In this document: positions 9,950 to 18,899 of the stretch, piece by piece | How the letters are laid out: each line of letters begins with the position of its first letter | Position numbering within the stretch: the first letter of the stretch is position 1 | From: Gammaproteobacteria bacterium | GTDB lineage: Bacteria > Pseudomonadota > Gammaproteobacteria > Magnimaribacterales > D2472 | Assembly (NCBI GenBank): GCA_045563715.1 | Contig: JBJLIP010000001.1 | Coordinates: 199,076-263,075, forward strand | Reading direction: 5' to 3' | Length of the DNA: 64,000 bases | The notes under the pieces: generated by a model | Told to the model about the DNA's origin: nothing | What the model saw: the letters and a program-made list of their open reading frames with translations, nothing else | Database searches by the model: none | Made by a program: the position numbers and the translations under genes

Positions 9950-10606
9950 TTAATTTAATATATCTTTAAAGTTATATACATTAGGTTTCATTTTCATAAT
10001 TGCATTAGACGAGAACAAGGCACCTTTAGCAAAAACCTCCCTTGATAAAGCTTCATGCATAAAATAAGTCGTTTTATTTTGATTATGAAAAGTTACCTTG
10101 TGAAGCCCAAAAACATCTTTTTTTCTAACTGATTTAATTTTAATAGTTTTTATATTATTGTTTTTATCAATAGAAGTTATTAAGTTCTTGAGCTCAATAG
10201 CTGTTCCTGATGGTTCGTCTAATTTTTCAATATGGTGAGTCTCTTCTATTAGGCATCTCATGTCTTGATCTAAAGTTTTTATAAAATATTCTAATGATTC
10301 TTTTAAACTGCTAACTCCTAGGCTGAAATTTGCTGCCAATAAAATTGGTATTTTGCTTCCTGCATTTTTTATTTCATTTATTTCATCATCGTTAAATCCT
10401 GTAGTGCCTATTACGATGGGGGCATTAATTTCAAGGCACTTCTTAAGTATTTTTAATGTTGAAATAGGGTTTGAGAAATCAACAACAACATCTGATAAAG
10501 AAAAATCATTTTCTGAAACACTTTGAAACTGATCATCACTTTCTATTAATTTAGATAGCGATTGACCCATCTTTCCTGATGCGCCGTTTATATATATTCT
10601 AATCAT
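9950..10606 (-). CDS. dapB: 4-hydroxy-tetrahydrodipicolinate reductase (compact, 218 aa)
   Basis: NGASGKMGQ dinucleotide motif and EETHHIEKLDEPSGTA (HHxxKxDxPSGTA) catalytic motif. Lies downstream of dnaJ, as I recall for Pseudomonas. Confidence 0.85.
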   Translation of the reverse strand: MIRIYINGASGKMGQSLSKLIESDDQFQSVSENDFSLSDVVVDFSNPISTLKILKKCLEINAPIVIGTTGFNDDEINEIKNAGSKIPILLAANFSLGVSSLKESLEYFIKTLDQDMRCLIEETHHIEKLDEPSGTAIELKNLITSIDKNNNIKTIKIKSVRKKDVFGLHKVTFHNQNKTTYFMHEALSREVFAKGALFSSNAIMKMKPNVYNFKDILN

Positions 10607-11706
10607 TATTCTTTTATCTTAGAAACAGCTTCTAAAAATGTATCAGTTCCAGGATAATTTTTGGACTGATTTAGTGATTTAGTAAACTCATCAAGAAGTT
10701 TAGTCTGTTGTTTATCTAAATTTGAGGGTGTTTCTACTACAACTCGACATAAAATATCACCCCTTCTTCTATCTCTTACTACAGAGGCGCCCTTACCTTT
10801 AATTCTGAATACTTTTCCAGTCTGAGTATTAGGAGGTATTTTTAAAGAGATCGTATTTTCAAGTGTGGGTATTTTTATAGAGCCCCCTACAACCGAGATA
10901 TCAAAAGGTATGGGAGTTTCGATATATAAATTTCTTCCATCTCTTTCAAATAGGTGATTATCAATTACTCTAATTGCGACATATAAATCTCCTGATTTTG
11001 AGCCCTTCATCCATTCACCCTCTCCAGATAATCTTACTTTATCGCCATTATCAACTCCTGAAGGAATATTAACTGAAAGAGTTTTGTTTTCTTTAACGGC
11101 CCCAATACCTCTACAGGCTCTACATTTTTCTTTGATGACTTGACCAGCACCAGAGCATGAGGAACATGTTTGTTGTACAGAAAAAAATCCTTGTTGAATT
11201 CTAACCTGGCCAGCACCATTACAGTTCGAGCAAGTAGTAGGACTTGAGCCTTTAGCAGCGCCACTTCCAGCGCAGTCGTTACAAGCTTTGTGAGAAGGAA
11301 TTTTTATTTTCTTTTGTGTGCCCAGAACAGCCTCTTTAAGAGATAAATCAAGATTATATTGAAGATCTGAGCCTCTTCTTTGTCTCCTTGATTGAGAACG
11401 AGTTCCAAAAACATCACCAAAGATATCACCAAAGATATCGTTAATATTTATGTCGTTAAAATTTGGGCCTCCGCCCATGCCTTCAACCCCCGAATGACCA
11501 AATTGATCATATGCTGATTTTTTTTGAGAATCAGAAAGAACATCATAAGCTTCAGCAGCCTCTTTAAACTTTTCAGCCGCTTCAGGATTATCTGGATTTC
11601 TATCAGGGTGATATTTCATAGCTTTCTTTTTGAAAGCTTTTTTTAATTCACCAGCAGAAGCATCTCGAGAGACTTCAAGAATGTCATAATAGTCTCTCTT
11701 CGACAT
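10606..11706 (-). CDS. dnaJ: chaperone DnaJ
   Basis: J-domain with HPD (KYHPDRN), a G/F-rich linker and four CxxCxGxG zinc-finger repeats. Confidence 0.97.
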   Translation of the reverse strand: MSKRDYYDILEVSRDASAGELKKAFKKKAMKYHPDRNPDNPEAAEKFKEAAEAYDVLSDSQKKSAYDQFGHSGVEGMGGGPNFNDININDIFGDIFGDVFGTRSQSRRQRRGSDLQYNLDLSLKEAVLGTQKKIKIPSHKACNDCAGSGAAKGSSPTTCSNCNGAGQVRIQQGFFSVQQTCSSCSGAGQVIKEKCRACRGIGAVKENKTLSVNIPSGVDNGDKVRLSGEGEWMKGSKSGDLYVAIRVIDNHLFERDGRNLYIETPIPFDISVVGGSIKIPTLENTISLKIPPNTQTGKVFRIKGKGASVVRDRRRGDILCRVVVETPSNLDKQQTKLLDEFTKSLNQSKNYPGTDTFLEAVSKIKE

Positions 11707-11715
11707 GATTAATAA

Positions 11716-13632
11716 TTATTTTTCTTCTTCTTTTACTTCTTCAAACTCAGCATCAACAGTATTTTCTTGGGACTCATCGCCACTTGAATCAGTCTCGGCT
11801 TGCCCATCAGGAGCTTCTTGTTTGTATAGTTTTTGAGTAAGAGGAGTTAAAACATCATTAAGATCTTTAGTAGCTGATTCTATTGATTCTATATTTTCTG
11901 AAGCTACAGCATCTTCTAAAGCTGAAACTGAATCTTCAACTTGCTTCTTCTCGTCATCTGAAAGCTTATCCTCAGATTCATCAATAGTTTTTCTTGTTGC
12001 ATGCACTAACATATCGGCATTATTTTTTGTCTTCACAAGCTCTTCAAACTTCTTATCGTCTTCAGCATTTGCCTCTGCATCTTTGACCATCTTTTCGATA
12101 TCTTCATCTGATAGTCCACTTGAGGCCTTGATAACGATAGATTGTTCTTTGCCGGTATTTTTATCTTTAGCAGAAACATTGAGTATTCCATTTGCATCGA
12201 GATCAAATGAAACTTCTATCTGCGGCATTCCTCTTGCAGCTGGTGGAATATCAGTCAAATTAAACTGGCCAAGAGATTTATTCTGTGATGCCTGAGTTCT
12301 TTCACCTTGAATAACATGAACAGTAACTGCTGTCTGATTATCTTCTGCAGTTGAGAAAACTTGTGATTTCTGTGTTGGTATTGTTGTATTTTTTTCAATC
12401 AATGGTGTAGATACTCCTCCCAAGGTTTCAATACCAAGTGTCAATGGCGTAACATCTAGAAGTAATACATCTGTTGTATCTCCAGATAAAACTGATCCTT
12501 GGATTGCTGCTCCAACTGCCACAGCCTCATCAGGATTTAAATCTTTTCGAGGATCTTTGCCAAAAAATTCAGAAACTTTCTTTTGAACAAGAGGCATTCT
12601 TGTTTGACCTCCTACTAAAAGTATTTCATTAATATCACCTTTTGAAAGCTTTGCGTCCTTAAGAGCTAATTTCAGAGGTTCTAAACTTTTGTCAACTAAG
12701 TCTTCAACAAGAGACTCTAATTTTGCTCTTGTTATCTTATGAACAAAATGCTTTGGCCCAGAGCTATCAGCTGTGATGTATGGAAGATTCACTTCTGTTT
12801 GTTCAGAAGAAGATAATTCTATCTTTGCTTTCTCGGCAGCCTCTTTTAATCTTTGAAGCGCCAATGGATCACTTTTTAAATCAAATCCAGATTCTTCTTT
12901 AAATTTGTCAACAAAGTAATCTATCAATCTCAAATCAAAGTCTTCACCACCTAAAAATGTATCCCCATTAGTTGAAAGAACTTCAAATTGATGTTCCCCA
13001 TCAACATCTGATATTTCAATAATAGATATATCAAAAGTACCTCCGCCAAGGTCGTAAACCGCAACTGTGGAATCTCCTTTACTTTTATCTAATCCATATG
13101 CAAGAGCTGCTGCTGTAGGTTCATTAATAATTCTTTTGACATCAAGACCAGCAATCTTTCCTGCATCTTTCGTTGCCTGTCTTTGGGAGTCATTAAAATA
13201 CGCTGGAACAGTTATTACTGCTTCTTTTACTTCGTGTCCAAGATAATCTTCTGCGGTTTTCTTCATCTTTTTAAGAACTTCTGCAGCAACTTGTGGAGGA
13301 GCTAACTTTTTATTAGAAGCTTCTACCCAAGCGTCTCCATTATCTGCTTTAATTATTTTATACGGCACCATATCAGCATCTTTACTTACAACTTCATCAT
13401 CAAAAGTTCTTCCAATAAGTCGTTTTATTGCGTAAAGAGTATTCTCTGGATTGGTTACTGCCTGTCTTTTTGCAGGCAATCCTACTAAGACTTCATCATT
13501 ATCAGTATATGCGATCACTGAAGGTGTTGTTCTTTGTCCTTCAGCATTTTCAATCACTTTTTGTTGTTGTGCCTCTACAACAGCAACACAGCTATTTGTA
13601 GTGCCTAAATCAATTCCTATTATTTTTGACAT
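11716..13632 (-). CDS. dnaK: chaperone DnaK (Hsp70)
   Basis: [18 protein letters not shown] and other Hsp70 signatures. 638 aa. Confidence 0.98.
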   Translation of the reverse strand: MSKIIGIDLGTTNSCVAVVEAQQQKVIENAEGQRTTPSVIAYTDNDEVLVGLPAKRQAVTNPENTLYAIKRLIGRTFDDEVVSKDADMVPYKIIKADNGDAWVEASNKKLAPPQVAAEVLKKMKKTAEDYLGHEVKEAVITVPAYFNDSQRQATKDAGKIAGLDVKRIINEPTAAALAYGLDKSKGDSTVAVYDLGGGTFDISIIEISDVDGEHQFEVLSTNGDTFLGGEDFDLRLIDYFVDKFKEESGFDLKSDPLALQRLKEAAEKAKIELSSSEQTEVNLPYITADSSGPKHFVHKITRAKLESLVEDLVDKSLEPLKLALKDAKLSKGDINEILLVGGQTRMPLVQKKVSEFFGKDPRKDLNPDEAVAVGAAIQGSVLSGDTTDVLLLDVTPLTLGIETLGGVSTPLIEKNTTIPTQKSQVFSTAEDNQTAVTVHVIQGERTQASQNKSLGQFNLTDIPPAARGMPQIEVSFDLDANGILNVSAKDKNTGKEQSIVIKASSGLSDEDIEKMVKDAEANAEDDKKFEELVKTKNNADMLVHATRKTIDESEDKLSDDEKKQVEDSVSALEDAVASENIESIESATKDLNDVLTPLTQKLYKQEAPDGQAETDSSGDESQENTVDAEFEEVKEEEK

Positions 13633-13641
13633 ATTTTTCCT

Positions 13642-14217
13642 CTAATTTTTTACTACTGTTACTCTTGCAGGTCTTAAGACTCTGGAGTGCAGCTCCCACC
13701 CTCTCTGCATGATATTTCCAACATAGCCATCTTTTTTATCTTTATTTTGCTCCATTGAAACAGCCTCATGCTTTTCTGGATTAAATTCCTCATTATCCGG
13801 ATAGATGGGTACCATTCCGAATTTATCAAGTGTAGACTCGAAAGATTTTAGTGTTAACTCAATGCCCTCTTTATCTTCTGCAGTTGCGTTTTTTGATAAA
13901 TTAGCAATTGCGCTCTCTAGGTTATCGATTATTGGTAAGAGCTCTGATAAGAGTTTTTCAATGCCATATTTATGAGCTTTCTCTACTTCTGATAAAGTTC
14001 TTTTTAATGCATTATCAAGATCTGCATTTGATCTTAGGAGTTGTTTTTCTAACTCTTCATTTTTATCAAAAAGTTCTTCATATGATGGAGTTCCAAGGTC
14101 CTCGTTACCCTCAGCATCAGATATATCATTTTCTAGATCATCACTATTATCATTTAATAAGTCTTCAGATGTCTTATTATCAATGTCATCGACAATCGAT
14201 TTATCTTTTTTTGTCAT
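13642..14217 (-). CDS. grpE: nucleotide exchange factor GrpE
   Basis: Acidic N-terminus, coiled coil and GrpE C-terminal domain (...GYVGNIMQRGWELHSRVLRPARVTV). Ends 9 nt upstream of dnaK. Confidence 0.93.
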   Translation of the reverse strand: MTKKDKSIVDDIDNKTSEDLLNDNSDDLENDISDAEGNEDLGTPSYEELFDKNEELEKQLLRSNADLDNALKRTLSEVEKAHKYGIEKLLSELLPIIDNLESAIANLSKNATAEDKEGIELTLKSFESTLDKFGMVPIYPDNEEFNPEKHEAVSMEQNKDKKDGYVGNIMQRGWELHSRVLRPARVTVVKN

Positions 14218-14240
14218 AATTAAATCCCGCTACAAAGTAT

Positions 14241-14268
14241 ATATTGGGATTTATAACTTCAGTTCAAG
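14241..14268 (-). promoter_or_regulatory. sigma-32 type heat-shock promoter for grpE-dnaK-dnaJ(-dapB)
   Basis: Minus strand reads CTTGAAC (14268-14262), a 13-nt spacer, then CCCAATAT (14248-14241). The consensus is CTTGAAA-N13-15-CCCCATNT. It ends 23 nt before the grpE ATG. Confidence 0.5.
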
Positions 14269-14283
14269 GGTAGAAATATATTA

Positions 14284-14697
14284 TTATTTATTTCTTTTTA
14301 CGTGTAAGACTAGATTATGATCTACAAGTTGATATCCAGATTTTTCAGCAATCTCATTAAGCTTAGACATTAATTCTGCATCCTGAAACTCAAGTACTTT
14401 TCCTGTATCAAGATCAACCATGTGCTCATGATGCTCTTCAACTACTTCATATACTGCATGACTTCCTTCAAAATGATGTTTTTTAACCATTCCTGCTGTT
14501 TCAAACTGAGTCAAAACCCTATAAACAGAAGCCAAACCTATATTTTCGCCATTTTGTAATAGTTCTTTATAAATATCTTCAGCACTAAAGTGAGCTTCTT
14601 CTTGAATAGCAGTAGACTCAAGAATTTCCATAATTTTTATTCTTGGTAAAGTTGCTTTTAATCCAGCTTTTTTTAATTCTGTATTCTGTTTGTTCAT
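14284..14697 (-). CDS. fur: ferric uptake regulator Fur
   Basis: 137 aa with a winged-helix N-terminus (GLKATLPRIKIMEIL) and an HHEHMVDLDTGK metal-site region. Divergent from bamE/omlA, as I recall for Pseudomonas. Confidence 0.9.
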   Translation of the reverse strand: MNKQNTELKKAGLKATLPRIKIMEILESTAIQEEAHFSAEDIYKELLQNGENIGLASVYRVLTQFETAGMVKKHHFEGSHAVYEVVEEHHEHMVDLDTGKVLEFQDAELMSKLNEIAEKSGYQLVDHNLVLHVKRNK

Positions 14698-14720
14698 ATG
14701 GTTATATAGTACATGTTTTT

Positions 14721-14741
14721 AATAATGATGCTAATGATTAG
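14721..14741. promoter_or_regulatory. candidate Fur box in the fur-bamE spacer
   Basis: aataatgatgctaatgattag contains two ATCATTA/TAATGAT half-elements resembling GATAATGATAATCATTATC. On the minus strand it overlaps a possible TTAGCA-17-TACTAT fur promoter. Confidence 0.3.
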
Positions 14742-14779
14742 CGACATAAAATTTAGAACAAAGTATAATCATTTTATAT

Positions 14780-15130
14780 ATGGAAACAAATAACAAATTA
14801 AAACAACTTAAACTATTTTTTATTTTTATTATTTTTTTAACAGTAACTTCATGCTCATCTTTGTCTCCATATAAAGTTCCCATTCTTCAAGGGAATCTTT
14901 TTGAAGAAGAAGATATTGAGAAGTTATCTGAAGGTTTGTCAAAAGAACAAGTTCAATTCATATTTGGTACAGCATTGTTAAAGGATCCATTCCATTCAAA
15001 TAGATGGGATTATTATTATTCAATTAAGGTCGGCACTGACATTCTAACTGAAAGTAAATTATCTATTCTGTTTGATGAAGATGGTTTGGTAGACAGCTGG
15101 ACAATTGAAAAAATGGAAGAATCAAACTAA
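14780..15130 (+). CDS. bamE: outer membrane lipoprotein BamE (SmpA/OmlA)
   Basis: Lipobox LTVTS-C, then the PILQGN...LSKEQVQFIFGTALLKDPFHSNRWDYYY SmpA/OmlA pattern. Sits in the fur-omlA neighbourhood. Confidence 0.85.
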   Translation: METNNKLKQLKLFFIFIIFLTVTSCSSLSPYKVPILQGNLFEEEDIEKLSEGLSKEQVQFIFGTALLKDPFHSNRWDYYYSIKVGTDILTESKLSILFDEDGLVDSWTIEKMEESN

Positions 15131-15600
15131 CCCTCTTCAGTTCTTTCTAATCTTTTTATAAATGCCTCCATAGCCCCTTCGCAAAATATATTTATTGCCT
15201 GATCTGGTAAAAGATTGTCCAATAAAAAAGGAAGTTTAAATTCAGAATTGAAAATTATTTCAGCAGATAAATCTTTTGTTCTATTAATAATCCATTCTCC
15301 TTTAAAAAATTCAAATGGGCCTTCAATTTGCTCTATCTGTATTTTGTTATCGAGCAGAATATTCTTTGATGTTATTGAATATTTTCGAAGTAGAAAATCA
15401 AACTTTAATTCTCCTACCTCATAATCCTTGTGCTTCTCTAGCACTCGAGCACTTGAGCATCCAGGAATATATTTTGAATAATTTTCAAAATTGGCGATTT
15501 GTTCAAAAACTTTTTTGGTATCTTGTTTTAGAGTTTTTGAAAGATTTACTTTTCTAGGCACTTGCAAAAATTTGAGAAAGTAAGACAAATCCAATTCCAA
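15127..15600 (-). CDS. ratA: SRPBCC-fold RatA/YfjG (Coq10-like) protein; start uncertain
   Basis: ...VFEQIANFENYSKYIPGC... matches the RatA/polyketide-cyclase N-terminal pattern and the gene sits in the bamE-ratA-smpB neighbourhood. The called start is a TTG 47 nt inside the transporter gene. A GTG at 15561 is more plausible. Confidence 0.7.
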   Translation of the reverse strand: MELDLSYFLKFLQVPRKVNLSKTLKQDTKKVFEQIANFENYSKYIPGCSSARVLEKHKDYEVGELKFDFLLRKYSITSKNILLDNKIQIEQIEGPFEFFKGEWIINRTKDLSAEIIFNSEFKLPFLLDNLLPDQAINIFCEGAMEAFIKRLERTEEG

Positions 15601-16942
15601 TAGGTGCTACAAACCTAATAAAGATTTTCCATATTGCATATATGGTTGGATTAATTTCTCCTAGTTCATCCTTTATAAGAGACTCTTTCATAAACCAACC
15701 AATAAATATTGCAATCAACATTCCTCCAAGAGGTTGCAAATTTTTAACAGCAATAAGGTCCATCGAAGCTAGAAAATTATAATCTCCAATTATTTTTACA
15801 TCTGACCATATATTAAAACTCAGAACTGATCCAATACCTATTAACCATGATAGAGCAGAAATTATAATTGCAGATTTCTTTCTAGATAATATTCGTTCTT
15901 CAGATAAGTAAGCAACGCCTGGTTCTAATATAGAAATTGAAGAGCTTAATGCTGCAACTGATAATAATATAAAAAATATTGGTCCAATGATTTGTCCAAA
16001 TTGCATATCATTAAAAACTGAAGCCATAGATACAAATACTAGGCCAGGTCCACTGGCATCATCTCCTAGTTGTTCGATAGTTTCTTTAACACTAAAAGCT
16101 TCGTAAGCACTGAATAGGATTGGAAAGATTGCGAGTCCAGCTAAAATTGCAACAAGTGTATCTAATGATGCAACATTTAAAGAGGTTGAAGAAATTTTTT
16201 GATTTTTTGGCATATATGCTCCATATGCCATTATTGAACCCATACCAAGACTCAAACTAAAAAAAGCTTGTCCTAATGCGCTTAAAAATGTTCCAGAATT
16301 AACTTTTGAGAAGTCTGGTGAAAATAAAAAAGACAATGCTTTATCAAAAGCTCCATTAAGAATCGCATAAACGACCATGAATACTAATAAAAAACCAAGC
16401 ATTGGCATTAAAATTTTAACCATTCTTTCAATACCGCTCTTAATTCCGGCCGATACAACCAAAAGTGTAAGTATCATAAATATTGAATGCCATAACAAAA
16501 GTCCCTCCCAAGACTGTGTAACGGTTTCAAATTGAGTTTGAGCGTCTACTACACCTGATGAGGCTGCAGATAAGAAAATATAGTTTAAACAAAGGCCCGC
16601 AATTACACTATAAAATGAAAGGATTAATACTCCAGCAATAATACCTGTCCAACCAACTAGCTGCCAAGAGGATGATCTGTTTGAATCAATTGCAGCTTTT
16701 TTCATGGAATTAATAGGGCTAGTTCCAGAACGCCTGCCAATTAAAATTTCACTAACCATCACTGGTAATCCGATAAGAAGGATACATAAAAGGTATAGAA
16801 GAACAAAAGCTCCGCCCCCTTCACTGCCAGCTTTATATGGAAAACCCCATATATTTCCTAGGCCAACAGCAGAGCCAGTCGCAGCAAGAACGAATGTCCA
16901 TTTACCAATCCAAGTTCCGTGTGATTTTAATGTCTTTTGCAT
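15554..16942 (-). CDS. sodium-dependent transporter, NSS/SNF family
   Basis: SAVGLGNIWGFPY and GGGAFVLLY signatures with about 11-12 TM segments. 462 aa. Confidence 0.9.
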   Translation of the reverse strand: MQKTLKSHGTWIGKWTFVLAATGSAVGLGNIWGFPYKAGSEGGGAFVLLYLLCILLIGLPVMVSEILIGRRSGTSPINSMKKAAIDSNRSSSWQLVGWTGIIAGVLILSFYSVIAGLCLNYIFLSAASSGVVDAQTQFETVTQSWEGLLLWHSIFMILTLLVVSAGIKSGIERMVKILMPMLGFLLVFMVVYAILNGAFDKALSFLFSPDFSKVNSGTFLSALGQAFFSLSLGMGSIMAYGAYMPKNQKISSTSLNVASLDTLVAILAGLAIFPILFSAYEAFSVKETIEQLGDDASGPGLVFVSMASVFNDMQFGQIIGPIFFILLSVAALSSSISILEPGVAYLSEERILSRKKSAIIISALSWLIGIGSVLSFNIWSDVKIIGDYNFLASMDLIAVKNLQPLGGMLIAIFIGWFMKESLIKDELGEINPTIYAIWKIFIRFVAPIGIGFVLLSQIFASA

Positions 16943-16954
16943 ATTATTATTTAT

Positions 16955-17416
16955 TTATAAGTATGGGCTACTGTAAGGATTTATCCAATACCCAGAAGAT
17001 ATTAAAAAACTTATACAGACTAGTAAAGTAAGAATTTTCCTAAATTTTTTGTAATCTTCATCTTTTTTTTTAAAGTCTTCGGTTGATTTTTCAAAAAAAT
17101 AAAATAAATAAAAGCTCACAATAGAGATAATTAAAGATGTCAAAATTAAGTCTAAAAAGGTTAGCAGCAAAATCAAACAACCAATTAGACTAAATCCAAT
17201 ACCTATAGATAGATTTAACTTTTGATTGTACTGGTTATCTCTCCAACCCCATGCAAAACCACCTAAAAAGGTGATAATTATCGACCCGTAGCCTAGTTGA
17301 AAGACAATGAATGTCTTACTTATATCGCCTCCAATTATCCATGGCATTAGTGAAAAGACAGCAAAAGGCATAAAGCCGATGTAGCCATAGGTAGATTTAA
17401 TATCAGTTATATTCAA
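16955..17416 (-). CDS. small 4-TM membrane protein, DUF3429-like
   Basis: YGYIGFMPF...GYGSIIITFLGGFAWGW resembles the DUF3429 pattern as I remember it. The called start is TTG, so the start is uncertain. Confidence 0.55.
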   Translation of the reverse strand: MNITDIKSTYGYIGFMPFAVFSLMPWIIGGDISKTFIVFQLGYGSIIITFLGGFAWGWRDNQYNQKLNLSIGIGFSLIGCLILLLTFLDLILTSLIISIVSFYLFYFFEKSTEDFKKKDEDYKKFRKILTLLVCISFLISSGYWINPYSSPYL

Positions 17417-17468
17417 TTTATTTCTTTAAAAAATATTGCACTTAGTTATTCAAGATACATAATAATGT

Positions 17469-17942
17469 ATGCCTAAAGAAAAACCTGCATTAATTGTAAA
17501 GAATAAAAACGCTTCAAGAAACTATAAATTAGATGAATCTTTTCAAGCTGGGATTGTTCTTGAGGGGTGGGAAGTAAAATCTTTAAGAGAATCAAAAATT
17601 GATGTAAAAAATTCATATGTAAATATTAGAAAAGGTGAGGCCTGGTTGATTGGAGTAAAAATAGATAGTCCGCCATCTCTTCAGCAAGAGAATATAGATA
17701 CTACAAAATCAAGAAAACTGTTACTTCATAAAAAAGAAATATCAAAGATCGAAAGGTTAAAGGGAGAGAAAGGTCTAACATGTGTCTTAACAAGAATATA
17801 TTGGAAAGATAATCTAATAAAATGCGACATAGCTATGGGTAAAGGGAAAAAGCATAGAGATCAAAGAGAAGATATTAAGAAGAGAGATTGGGAGCGCGAC
17901 CAAGGTCGTTTTCAGAAAAATAATTTAAGAAGAAACAAATAA
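17469..17942 (+). CDS. smpB: SsrA-binding protein SmpB
   Basis: 157 aa with the NKNASRNYKLDESFQAGIVLEGWEVKSLR pattern and a basic C-terminal tail. Near ssrA. Confidence 0.95.
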   Translation: MPKEKPALIVKNKNASRNYKLDESFQAGIVLEGWEVKSLRESKIDVKNSYVNIRKGEAWLIGVKIDSPPSLQQENIDTTKSRKLLLHKKEISKIERLKGEKGLTCVLTRIYWKDNLIKCDIAMGKGKKHRDQREDIKKRDWERDQGRFQKNNLRRNK

Positions 17943-17997
17943 TAATAAATATGTATATTATATGTACTGATTTAATATTAAATATTGAGGAGTAATT

Positions 17998-18381
17998 ATG
18001 AAAAAAATTATTTTACCAACACTTTTATTGTTTTCATTTCAAAGTTTCGCTTTAACAAATGCAGAAATTAGGAATGCCATACAAACTGAGGTAGTGGATT
18101 TAATGACAGTGCCAATGCAAGTTGATCAGGCAACTAAAATGACTGATGTGTATGTGAGCACCAGAGGAATTGTGTATGAGTATGATATTTCCATTGATCA
18201 GGATGCTTTAGGTGATATATCAACCACATTAACAAATATAAAAAATGGTAGTGTTCAGATGTATTGCAATAATGATGCAATGGCATTTTACAAGTCAAAT
18301 AATGTAGATGCATTCTACATTTACTATGATGTATCAGGTAATCTGGTCGGCTTATTCAGAGTTTCTAATTTCGATTGTTAA
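17998..18381 (+). CDS. hypothetical secreted protein (127 aa)
   Basis: Strong RBS (GAGGAG 7 nt upstream of the ATG) and a signal peptide MKKIILPTLLLFSFQSFA|LT. Two Cys residues, one of them C-terminal. I recognise no family. Confidence 0.6.
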   Translation: MKKIILPTLLLFSFQSFALTNAEIRNAIQTEVVDLMTVPMQVDQATKMTDVYVSTRGIVYEYDISIDQDALGDISTTLTNIKNGSVQMYCNNDAMAFYKSNNVDAFYIYYDVSGNLVGLFRVSNFDC

Positions 18382-18427
18382 AAGTATTATAGATTGGCCT
18401 TTTGAGTTATAATTTTGCTCCTTTTAT

Positions 18428-18774
18428 GGGGGCGAATAGGGTTCGACGTTTTTACTGGACTCCGAAGCGCATGCCAAGATTGTAGTATCTCTTGTAAATC
18501 AAACTACAAAAAAAATAGTTGCAAATAACGACAACTACGCTTTAGCAGCTTAATGCTAACCGATGCAAGAATTGACTGTGGTTTGAAGCATCGGCTAAAC
18601 ACACAGTCTAGCCAGGCTATATTGCTTGGATATAGTTTGGTAAAACTTAATCAAGCTAGCTTTTATGCCCTGCTCTTCGGGTGATAGAAGTTAAAAATAA
18701 TAGAATGAGCTATGCATGTAGAAGTTAGGCTGAAGGATTTACGGACGCGGGTTCAATTCCCGCCGCCTCCACCA
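18428..18774 (+). ncRNA. ssrA: tmRNA (SsrA), one-piece, 347 nt
   Basis: 5' GGGGGCG pairs with 3' CGCCUCC-ACCA, including G3:U. T-arm is GCGGG-UUCAAUU-CCCGC. The tag ORF at 18521-18553 encodes ANNDNYALAA* (E. coli ANDENYALAA). Confidence 0.95.
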
Positions 18775-18777
18775 ATT

Positions 18778-18797
18778 AAAAGAATATATTCTTTTTT
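18778..18797 (+). terminator. weak AT-rich hairpin/T-run after ssrA
   Basis: aaaagaat-at-attctttt followed by a T-run. Only one G-C pair. Confidence 0.35.
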
Positions 18798-18899
18798 AAT
18801 TATGTTTGATAAATAGTTATAGCTGATGCGTCAGAAAATTGTTAACATGAATATGTCAAATCTATCTTTACTTCTAAATAAATTAGCCCAGGAGGCTTT

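Noticed and set aside
11034-11264. 76-aa minus-strand ORF in an alternative frame of dnaJ
   Set aside because: It lies inside the Cys-rich zinc-finger region of dnaJ. It has no independent signals, and the dnaJ frame is strongly conserved.
15554-15600. 47-nt overlap between the ratA-like gene and the NSS transporter
   Set aside because: It is an artefact of the upstream TTG chosen by the ORF caller. A GTG at 15561 gives an N-terminus matching RatA homologues and only an 8-nt overlap.
18798-18899. Fur box or riboswitch upstream of the TonB-dependent receptor
   Set aside because: tgataaatagttata is only a poor half-match to the Fur consensus. At about 100 nt the spacer is too short for a cobalamin or TPP riboswitch, and I see no conserved riboswitch cores.
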